Assembly: GCA_020184695.1 (NCBI GenBank)
Contig: JAANOX010000252.1
Coordinates: 1 to 64,000, forward strand
Direction: 5' to 3'
DNA from: Histomonas meleagridis 2922-C6/04-290x
Taxonomy: Eukaryota > Protista > Parabasalia
Length of the DNA: 64,000 nt
Made by a program: the position numbers and the translations under genes. Every line of letters starts with the position of its first letter. Position 1 is the first letter of the stretch. This document shows positions 22,154 to 32,356 of this stretch, one piece after another. The notes beneath the pieces are model-generated. The model did not search any database and was not told where the DNA came from. It saw only the letters and a program-made list of their open reading frames with translations.

Positions 22154-23259
22154 CTTTTAAAAAACAGAGTAGCTTTGCTTCACTTTATTTATTTTGAAAG
22201 GGTGTTGTGTTTTTAATTCATAGACCCATATTCAAAAATTCTATACTAAAAGATCGTTTTGGAGGTTTGGCTTACGGTCATTGAGCAGCAAAATTGGCGT
22301 TCAATTTTGAATCGAAAAAGGGGTTTCATTGAAAACATTGAGAGCTATCTCAATCAAACATTCAGTGAAGAAAAGCTATCTCAATTTATAAATTGAATGC
22401 ATGAATTTTTTCTTCTCGAAGTTGGGTTGAACTCTTCCGAAAAACTATATTTGTTTAACATAAGACATTTAGATTTCTCATAGCCATCCACGGATTAAGT
22501 TTTATTCGGAATATTTTTTTGTAATTTTTGAGTAGCTACGAACTCAATTGAAAAAGGTTGTGAATCTAGAGGTCATTAGATTTAACGTTTCTTGAATCTA
22601 CATTAAAACTTTTGTATCGGCATGAAGAAAATGAAAAGGAATATATAGAAAAAGAAGTTATTAATTTAAAATAATTTTATATATCTCATTAAATTTTCTA
22701 CTCATTAAAATTATTTTTCAGAAACTATTTTAATATAACATCAATAATAAAATATTTATACAAATTTTATAGATAATTTATCAAGATTTCTAAAATTAGT
22801 GAGAAAAGGTATTCAACAAAAATATTAGTGCTTCAAAATTGATTATTCATCTTTATACATTGTTTTGCTTCTTTGATATAACAAATTTCATGAGTACATG
22901 TTCAAAATAGAACCTTATTAACATATTATAGTAAAAGATAAATTTATTTCGAAAACCAAACACGCAAATCATTTCTCTGATTTCTTCTATACACATAAAT
23001 AATTTTTCGCACAACATACAAAATTAATTTTGCATACATAGTAAAACCATCACAAGCAAAGCATATAGCTAAAATACATTGATCAATGATAAGAACATTA
23101 AATAAGTAAATTAAGTTTCTTTAAGTACGCTTAATAATCAAATTACTCAAAATTTGAGTTGAATTGAATCAAAAGTGACATATTAAACGTTCAAAATCTG
23201 GCCGTTTATTTTTTCATGGGGCGCCCCGTCAAAAATTGAATGCTCTTTAATCCATCTCG

Positions 23260-24126
23260 ATGCAAAACCAAAACAGAAAAACAAATCGACAAGATACATC
23301 TAGAAAAGACAGAAAGCACTCAACCCATGATCATGTTAAACATGGCAGATCATATTTTGATATTTGGACAATTATACCTTTATCATTATCAATTTTATTA
23401 ATGGTTTCAATTTGGTTTGTTTTTTTCTCAAAAAACCATACTCTAAAATTTTGTGAAAACAATTTTCAAAAAGAATGCATTCCATGTCCTTTCAATGGAA
23501 TTTGTACTGATGGAAAATTAAAATGTAAAGTTGGTTATAAAGTAAAAAATAATGAATGTGTACCTGACAGTGTCCGCCAACAAAAAATATTAGATTTAAC
23601 AGAAAAAATATCACATTTTATTGCTTCACAGATAAGTGATTCTTGTCAAGAATCCATTCCAATTGATACGCCGACTCTTTATGAAGAATTTGGGAAATCA
23701 GAATTTTTTGAAAGCGCGTTACAATTTGTAACCCAAAGCAAATATGACATTAATTTTAATGGTAAATATTACATCTCATATAAACCGATACAATCATTAA
23801 AATGTAAGGTCATGAGTGTTGCAGAAGCAAATAGATTGTCTGTTGTATTGATGTGTATTTGTTTATTACTAATCACAATTTTCATCATTTCAATTCAACA
23901 TAAAAAACGAATTCAGAATATGATCCGTACCCAAGCAAATCGAATAATCAATCAGCTTGCTGCAGAAAACGATGGTAGCTTTGTTTATGAATCAAATTTT
24001 GCGAATAACAAAAACGCATCAAAGAATTATTGGCAAAAAGTGACGCGCGAAGTCGAAAGAAATAATTCTGTAATTACTCTAAACGGAAAGCAAGGGAAAA
24101 TGTGGAAAATATGTGATGAACAGTAA
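23260..24126 (+). CDS. MAN1/Src1 (MSC-domain) inner nuclear membrane-like protein
   Basis: Two TM helices flank a luminal Cys-rich segment, CIPCPFNGICTDGKLKCKVGY...CVPD. Confidence 0.7.
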   Translation: MQNQNRKTNRQDTSRKDRKHSTHDHVKHGRSYFDIWTIIPLSLSILLMVSIWFVFFSKNHTLKFCENNFQKECIPCPFNGICTDGKLKCKVGYKVKNNECVPDSVRQQKILDLTEKISHFIASQISDSCQESIPIDTPTLYEEFGKSEFFESALQFVTQSKYDINFNGKYYISYKPIQSLKCKVMSVAEANRLSVVLMCICLLLITIFIISIQHKKRIQNMIRTQANRIINQLAAENDGSFVYESNFANNKNASKNYWQKVTREVERNNSVITLNGKQGKMWKICDEQ

Positions 24127-24486
24127 ATGTTTGTGTTTATTTACTTTCAGTTTTACATATTAATTGTGAATTAGTATGATAACATTAATTAAACAATGGA
24201 TTATATTGGTTTGATATGATAAAATTATCATTGTTTGCTCAAGTGAAACACTTTATTTTCTCTTTTTAGAAAGCTCCTACATATGTATCATAAACTCTGT
24301 TAAAATTTATTTAGGATATCATATCTGTTATAACAGTATACTATAGTATTACAATTTCAAATGTTATACTGCTTTAATGATCTCGATTATAAATATAATT
24401 TTAATGATGATTTTTATTAGTGAAACATGATTTTTATATAACTATTTTGCATTTCCATTATAATGTAATTTTAACAATTCCTTTTA

Positions 24487-27190
24487 CTAGAATTTTTCAT
24501 TTGGTAACCTATTTTTTTCATGTTCATCAAGTAAATTATAAATTTCTTGATATCCTCTTGAAGAAGCAAGCATAATTGCTGTTTTAAATTTTCGTAAGAA
24601 ATTCCAAACGAGAATAACATACTGAATATATTTGAAATAAACTTTAAACATGTTAAAAAAACAGTTTGTAAATCGATGTCGATTCCTTTTTTTTTTAGTA
24701 ATAATTTTACTATATTAATATGATTATGATGAGAAGCAAGCATTAAAGCTGTCCAAAATATTTTAAATATTTACCAAGTATTTTACTTGATCATAAAAAT
24801 ATTCAAATAAAAATTATGAAAAAGTTTGAAACATTTTGAATATTAATATCAATGTTTTCATCTTTAAGAAGATATTCAACAATATCAATAAAACCTTTTT
24901 GAGAAGAAATCATTAGTGGTGTTTTAATAAATGTATTTAAATATCAAATATTATTTTAAAACATGAAAAAAATGATATCTATATCGAAATAAACATAAAA
25001 ATATTTTTGACATTTACATCAATATTCAGATATCCAAGTAAAGATTTTACAATATCATAACTATTATCTGAACATGCAATTGTAAGTGCTGTTTCAAGAA
25101 AATTAAATATACTCCTAATAAAAATTTGAAAGTTTATACGATTGAAAACAATTTTAAATATATTAAATTAATATTTTTTTTATTTATATCAATGCCTTCT
25201 TTTTGTAGTAGCATTTTTATGATATCATAATTATGGTTTATGCAAGAAATTGTAAGAGCTGTTTCAAATAAATTAGGAAAACTCCAAAAAAATTATTTTG
25301 ATATATTAAATAAGAAAAACAAATACTAATTATTCAAATAAAATATTAGTAAAATTAAGTTCAATATTACTTTTTACAAGAAGTGCTTGGACAATATTTG
25401 TATAACCTTTTTCACATCCAATTAAAAGTGATGCTTCAAATTTTATATATAAAATCCATTAATTTTTAAGAAATTTTAATTTTTAAGTAAAAACATCAAA
25501 AAATATTACTAAAAATTTTTAATATTAACATCAATTCCTTCTTGTTCAAGAAGTAATTTAACTATATCTAAGTGATTATTTTCAATTACTTTAATAAGTG
25601 CTGTATTAAATGATTTAAATAATTTCCAAATATTATTTTGAAATTTCAAATTATTTATATAAATTTCATATAAAACAAATTAAAATCTTGAGCATTAACA
25701 TCAATTCCTTCTTGTTCAAGAAGTAATTCAACTATTTCTGTATTACCATTGTAAGATGCATCAATAAGTGCTGTATCAAATAATTTAAATAATTTCCAAA
25801 TATTATTTTGAAATAAAAAATTATTAAAACAAATATCAAATAAAACAGACAAATATCTTTAGCATTGATATCAATTCCTTCTTGTTCAAGAAGTAATTTA
25901 ACTATTTCTGTGTGACCATTGAAAGATGCACACATAAGTGCTGTCCAACTTATTAAAAAATAATATCAAAATTTTAAACTATGACTCAAATATTTTAAAC
26001 ATTCATCAAAACAATTTAATGTACATCTTTTGCATTAATATCGAATCCATTTTGCTTAGTAATAAAATCCACAAGTTCTACATTATTTGAACTCGAAGCA
26101 TAAGCCAAAATATTTTTTGGAATTTGATTATTTTCTATAAAATTCCTAACAAGAAACAAATTACCGCCTTTTGCTGCTTCATTAATGATATCATCATTAA
26201 TTTTCATTCCTTCTTTTAATAAAAAAATGAAAAAATTTCATATTCAAAAAACTCAACACATTTCTTTCCTAATTCTTCTAAATTATTGATTTCATTAATT
26301 TTATTTTCATACAAATAAAGGAAAACATTATTTCGATGGAATTGAATTGCTGCTTCATATGCATTTTCAAATGTTGAATGATTTTGTTCACATAAAAGAA
26401 TGATTTCAATGTTTCCACCTGCAATTGCATATTTACCTGTGTTAATTACATTTGCATCATTCATAAGTAAATATTTAAAACATTTTATTGATCCGAAAAA
26501 TGCTGCATAATCAATTAAAGAAACAATATCATGTTCATTATTAATAAATGTATATCTTTCATAAATTGATGGTCTAATTGCTTTATTAAAATTGAAATCT
26601 GTTTGTGATGATATTTTTTGAAGTTTTTCAATTTCATCATTTCGAATTACTTTTGCTATTTCATTTGGATTATGTCCTTCTTCAATTAATTGTTTATGTA
26701 GTTTCCATTCATCTTTTTTGAGTTCATCAAATTTATCATGAGGGAAATCAAAGTCTGAATATTGATTTTCTTTGATTTCTTCTGGTGTCATCATATGTGC
26801 AAAGTATAATGTATTTTTCGGAAAGTTTGAATCAATTAATTTTTCTTCATACATCTTATATAATATATAATGTGAATCATTCGAATAAAGTGAAAGAAGA
26901 AAATTTTTAAATCCATTTATAATTTCATAATTTCTTTTGAAAATTTCTTCTTCTTTAATTTCTAGATTTTTTAAATATATGAAATATAAACGCAAATCTC
27001 CGTTCTGTCGAATACAATAAGAATATATGAGCGAATAAATAAGAAAATGAAATGAATAAGGAAAATTTTCATCAAAAAACTTGAGTGTTGAAACTATACA
27101 TTTTTCAATATTTTTATCATTTAACGAAGATATTATATCAGATATTGATTGAGAAATATCTTGTTTTCCTTTAAGCATGTTTTGTTCCAT
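24487..27190 (-). CDS. DUF3447-type/ankyrin-repeat gene (locus 2); C-terminal repeats interrupted by nine 4x(17+3) cassettes
   Basis: ORF 26216-27190, one homopolymer frameshift, ORF 26016-26207, then 90-nt open ankyrin blocks at a 170-nt period down to the stop at 24487. Confidence 0.85.
24583..26024 (-). repeat. 170-nt-period array: 90-nt ankyrin block plus 80-nt spacer cassette, nine times
   Basis: Cassettes at 25945-26024, 25775-25854, 25605-25684, 25435-25514, 25263-25344 (82 nt), 25093-25172, 24923-25002, 24753-24832 and 24583-24662. Confidence 0.9.
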
Positions 27191-27498
27191 TATTTATTGA
27201 CGCTACCCCTTACTTGTGTGATATTTTTGCATACAATTTTTTATATAGTTTACATATATTGACATTAAGTTTATATTGTATACTTTATACAAAAAATACT
27301 TTTGTAAATTGATCAAAATGAAATAGAGAATTTTCAGGAATGATAGAAGTATACTTTGTACTAATCAAATATTTGATTTTATTCTGTGTAGGAAATATTA
27401 AGTTTTGAAAAAATGAAGATACTTAAAAGATTTTATTTGATCATTAATCAAATGATGATTGGAAAATAGATCAAAAGACATAAGGAGAAGAATCGAAC

Positions 27499-28509
27499 TT
27501 GAAGAAGAACAAAAAGAAAGAATTAAACTTCACAGTGCCTGGAACTATTACCGGTAACAGATGCATCTGCTCTAGCAGCATTACTTTTATAAATAAATTG
27601 AACAAATCAGTAGATCACATGTGGTATTTTGAAAGAAAAAGCTTTATTTATATATTTATCATTTATCATACATTTTCATTGTGTTCATCAATCAAAAACA
27701 TTATAATTCCAAATTCAGTTACAACAATTGGAAATTATGCATTTTCATTATGTTCTAATTTAAGCATATTAATACTTGGATATGGAATAAGAGAAATTGG
27801 AAGTTCAGCATTTGGTAATTGTTATAATCTTCAATGCATTTATTATTATGGAGATTCAGAACCAAATATTGGAGTAAATGCATTTTATAATGTTTTTACA
27901 AGTGTTATCGCATATCCAACATACATTGGAAGTAAATTTGGAAATTTAGATGTTGATAAAGAAAACACAGAAGGAACATGCGAACCACTTTCAACACATT
28001 CATTTGGTCAATCGAATACATTTACAAGATCACTTCAAAGTGATATTTCATTTTCATTATCATTTTCATATACATTAACAATTACATTATCAATTACACA
28101 TTCATTAACTATTTATGAAACAAAAACGAAAACATATTCATTATATATAAATAATTGGACATTTTCATATATTGAAACAGAATTTATTTATTACAATTAT
28201 ACGATTGTTATTTATTCGACTTATTGTAATTATTATTCTAATTTCTTTACAATGTTTTACACTTCCAATGAAAATTCGCCAAATGGAATTACGACGAATG
28301 CTTTGATTGGTATTATTTGCGGATCATTTGCATTTGTTTTGATCATTGTTGGAATTGTTATATTTTTAGTGAAAAGTAATAACAAGAAAGAAAAATCGAA
28401 TTCAAAGTTACAATTTAAGGACACGACAACGTCAAGTACAAAGCAAATTGAAGAAGTAAATAGTTTAGTTGAAGATATTGTGAAAGAAGATGAAGTCAAT
28501 TGGCTATGA
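27499..28509 (+). CDS. BspA-like LRR surface protein, 5'-truncated copy with TM; true start uncertain
   Basis: IPNSVTTIGNYAFSLCSNL LRR_5 repeats and TM ALIGIICGSFAFVLIIVGIVIFLV. Homology to the neighbouring gene begins only at about 27670. Confidence 0.7.
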   Translation: MKKNKKKELNFTVPGTITGNRCICSSSITFINKLNKSVDHMWYFERKSFIYIFIIYHTFSLCSSIKNIIIPNSVTTIGNYAFSLCSNLSILILGYGIREIGSSAFGNCYNLQCIYYYGDSEPNIGVNAFYNVFTSVIAYPTYIGSKFGNLDVDKENTEGTCEPLSTHSFGQSNTFTRSLQSDISFSLSFSYTLTITLSITHSLTIYETKTKTYSLYINNWTFSYIETEFIYYNYTIVIYSTYCNYYSNFFTMFYTSNENSPNGITTNALIGIICGSFAFVLIIVGIVIFLVKSNNKKEKSNSKLQFKDTTTSSTKQIEEVNSLVEDIVKEDEVNWL

Positions 28510-29247
28510 ATAAAATGTGTAATAAAAAACATTTATTAATTTAATGTATATACAAAAATTATGTGTTGTCATATAAAATAAAATGAAATCATGTTAACGA
28601 AATATCATTTTGACTTTAAAATGTTTTGAATTAGTTTATTTAAATATGAAATTTTGAATTTTATGATGTTTAAATAGTATCACTGACTTTAAATATAATA
28701 AGGTAAATATTGTTGCACAACGATCAATAATTTTGAATTCTGATTGTGTTTACATTAAATGTTCAAAAGCTTTTGAATGGAACGGGATAAACTTCACTTG
28801 AATTCATTATTCTCAAAAATAAAAAATATTTTATAAATTAAAGATACAATGTAATTGATTTTGTACATAAAGAGCTGCTTATATTTTATTTATTTTATAT
28901 AAAATCATATATATGCAAACAAGAAATAGCTGAATTGCCAATGCTTTAAAAAAGTGTTAATTTTATGATGATGGAAACATCTTAGATAAATGAACGGCAC
29001 ACCAAATTAAAGCATAAATTCCGTTCTACAACATATATTCATTATGTTATTTAAAAGTGAATTTATAATGTTATAAAGCTGTTTCTTTGATTGTCGTTTT
29101 AAAAAGATCGATAGAAATCTTTCAAAATTGGTTTGAAAAACGACAATAAAACAACAGGTTTTTAAAAGTTTAACCGTGAGATTTTAAACTTTTGAGATAG
29201 CCGATGTATAATTGGTGAAGGTCTATAGATATATTACAAGCTGAAAT

Positions 29248-31131
29248 ATGAGAATCTTTCTTTTATTCAGCATTTTCATCATGATGAAACGATTTATAAC
29301 CGATACAAAGCTTATTACACCTTATATCATTCAAAAAGAAATATTAAAAATACAAACCCATGAAAACAAGAAAAGTATGACTTACAAATGTGATGGGGAT
29401 GTATCAATTAATGAAATTGTGAACAAAAAATTTAAAAGATTTAACAATAATTATAAAGTTTTGATAAACAAATTATTTTTAAATTTGATACCATATAATG
29501 AATCTACAATAGTTGTACATCAGAATTTTAATCACAAACGAAAAATTCAAAGAACATATTTTTCAAACATTTTGGAAAAATACTTTGAAATTGATATATT
29601 TGTCAAAAATGGTAAATTTGATAAAACATATAACAAATCTTATGAAGATGTATATCCTATAAAACGTGAATTTTCACATTTTTTTATGATGCGAAACTAC
29701 AACGAAGAAGGACCAAACATTTTGAATGTTTTACATCATTTAACCATCATTTTTTCAATTACATTTCCGGTTATTTATATCAAATTTTGTCAGAAAAACA
29801 CAATTTCAGTTCAGAAAATATTGACGACCAAATATACATTGAAAGTAAAAGATAAGAAAAAAATTGAAAATATTTTTGTTTCTATTTTTGTTTTCGTTAT
29901 ATTCTTTATGAATTCTTATCAAATATATAATGATGATAATTTAACACTTACAATCACAAATTCAAATGATTTTATTGATGTTGATCAATATCAAAATATA
30001 ACGAAATTTATAATTATCAGTGAAAATATTTATTCAATTCCAGGTAATTCATTTTCAGGATGGCCTTCAGTTGTTTCAGTTAATTTTGGTAATTCAGTCA
30101 CAAATATTGGAAGTTATGTGTTTTTGTCATGTTCTAAATTAGTTACGATTATAATTGGAGAAAATGTTACAGAAATTGGTGGTGGAGCATTTTCATTGTG
30201 TTCATCAATCAAAAACATTACAATTCCAAATTCAGTCACAACAATTGGAAATTCAGCATTTTCATCATGTTCTAATTTAACTTTATTAATACTTGGCTAT
30301 GGAATAAGAGAAATTGGAAGTTCAGCATTTGGTAATTGTTATAATCTTCAATGCATTTATTATTATGGAGATTCAGAACCAAATATTGGTGAAAATGCAT
30401 TTTATAATGTTTTTACAAGTGTTATCACATATGCAACATATAAAGGAAGTAAATTTGGAAGTTTAGATGTTGCCAAAGACAACACAGAAGGAACATGCGA
30501 ACCACTTTCAACACATTCATTTGGTCAATCAAATACATATGCACGGTCAGATTCAATATCATTATCAGCATTATATTCATTTAGTCAATCGAATACATTT
30601 TCTAATTCGAAAACATTTACTGCATCACTTCAAAGTGATATTTCATTTTCATTATCATTTTCATATACATTAACAATTACATTATCAATTACACATTCAT
30701 TAACTATTTATGAAACAAAAACGAAAACATATTCATTATATATAAATAATTGGACATTTTCATATATTGAAACAGAATTTATTTATTACAATTATACGAT
30801 TGTTATTTATTCGACTTATTGTAATTATTATTCCAATTTCTTTACAATGTTTTACACTAATAATAATGATAATCAAAATAACGATAATAAAACAACGATT
30901 ATCATCATTTCTGTTTGTGTAATTGTTATAGTAATAGTCATTATCATATTATTAATTATATTATTAAAACATATTCGAAATAAAAAAGAAGAAATTTATG
31001 AAAATGATAAATCAGAAGAAAATGAAAACGAAACGACGAATACATTTACAACAGGAATAAGTAACATAAATATTGAAGAAGATCCATTTGCTGAAGATTT
31101 TCAAGAAGAAAAATTTATAGAACAAATATAA
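29248..31131 (+). CDS. BspA-like LRR surface protein with TM and acidic DPF tail; alternative start at ATG 29908
   Basis: TpLRR repeats (IGENVTEIGGGAFSLC, IPNSVTTIGNSAFSSC), TM and the tail EEDPFAEDFQEE. Confidence 0.85.
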   Translation: MRIFLLFSIFIMMKRFITDTKLITPYIIQKEILKIQTHENKKSMTYKCDGDVSINEIVNKKFKRFNNNYKVLINKLFLNLIPYNESTIVVHQNFNHKRKIQRTYFSNILEKYFEIDIFVKNGKFDKTYNKSYEDVYPIKREFSHFFMMRNYNEEGPNILNVLHHLTIIFSITFPVIYIKFCQKNTISVQKILTTKYTLKVKDKKKIENIFVSIFVFVIFFMNSYQIYNDDNLTLTITNSNDFIDVDQYQNITKFIIISENIYSIPGNSFSGWPSVVSVNFGNSVTNIGSYVFLSCSKLVTIIIGENVTEIGGGAFSLCSSIKNITIPNSVTTIGNSAFSSCSNLTLLILGYGIREIGSSAFGNCYNLQCIYYYGDSEPNIGENAFYNVFTSVITYATYKGSKFGSLDVAKDNTEGTCEPLSTHSFGQSNTYARSDSISLSALYSFSQSNTFSNSKTFTASLQSDISFSLSFSYTLTITLSITHSLTIYETKTKTYSLYINNWTFSYIETEFIYYNYTIVIYSTYCNYYSNFFTMFYTNNNDNQNNDNKTTIIIISVCVIVIVIVIIILLIILLKHIRNKKEEIYENDKSEENENETTNTFTTGISNINIEEDPFAEDFQEEKFIEQI

Positions 31132-31819
31132 TTTTCAATATTAGATATTTGTAAATTTTGTAATGATAATTATAAATATTATATGAATCTTATGAAATAA
31201 AATATTTCGATGATACATAACATTAATGGATTACATCGTCTTAAAAAAATAACTTTAAAACTTTTATAATGATATTAAATGGATATGATCAAATATCTTT
31301 AATACATTCAATACGATGAATAATGAGGTATAAATATCAAAGCACATATGGCTTATTTACATCACAGACTATAACTTTCACACTTACACTTAATTAACAT
31401 GAAACTAATTATTAAACAATAAAAAAATTAAGTGCCAATGGTAAAATAACATATTCAAATTTAAAAAGTAAAGCGAAAGTAATAAATCAAGATGCAAATC
31501 AATTCATAAATGAAGAAGAAAATTAATGAGTTCAATATAAACAAAAAATTAATACTACAAAATAAAAATGAAAATAAATTTAAAAATGTTTATTTATTGT
31601 AAAACTATTTTAGAAATGAGTGTTAAGAAGCATAAAACCTAAACATTGTAATTTGAATTTTTTTTTACAAAGACGTTAAATTACTTCACATGTTTTATTT
31701 ATAGACATGTGACATGAAACATTTTCAAAAAAAAAAAAAATCAAATTAAATATTTGTATAAACAATAAGATGAAAATATTTAATCTAGGAGGTTTAAACT
31801 AATGTTAAAGACCAGGCGT

Positions 31820-32140
31820 ATCATGAATTAGTGATAAAGCCAATTCTACACCAAATTATGAAGATAATGACACAGCAGTTTCACATGTAATGCTTCCCAA
31901 ATATGAAACACATAAAGCAGATTCAGTTCCGATTGAATTAGATCAATATGAAAAAGAAATGTTAGGTGAAGCGTGAGCACGTCTGACCAAGGTAAGAAAG
32001 CGAACGTCAATTAGAAGTATTACGTAATATTACAACATTAAAGAAGAAATGTGAACAAGCAGAGCAAGCATTATTATTGAAGAGAAAAATGAATTTTGAA
32101 ATTGATGTTATTAGCACGCGCAAAGCGAAGAATTCAAAAT
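31820..32140 (+). pseudogene. CDC5/Cef1-like fragment
   Basis: Reads HKADSVPIELDQYEKEMLGEA*ARLTKVRKR, resembling the CDC5L segment [21 protein letters not shown]. In-frame TGA at 31974. Confidence 0.5.
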
Positions 32141-32356
32141 TTTTTAATGATTTCAATTCTTATTTTTATTTAGCTCCAAGATGCATTGAAAAGCATTAGT
32201 AGATGAAGAACTTCTTATGTTATGTTTATTGAAAAAATGATAAACTTAAAAACATGAAATAGCCTCATTTCCAATGTCTATAAAAAAACAATAAATTTTA
32301 TGATGATAAAAACATCTTAGATACATATCTTTAAATTCGATCAAGAAATTTTTCAC

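Noticed and set aside
24583-26024. CRISPR array or simple satellite
   Set aside because: Eukaryotic context, no cas genes, and the conserved units are protein-coding ankyrin blocks.
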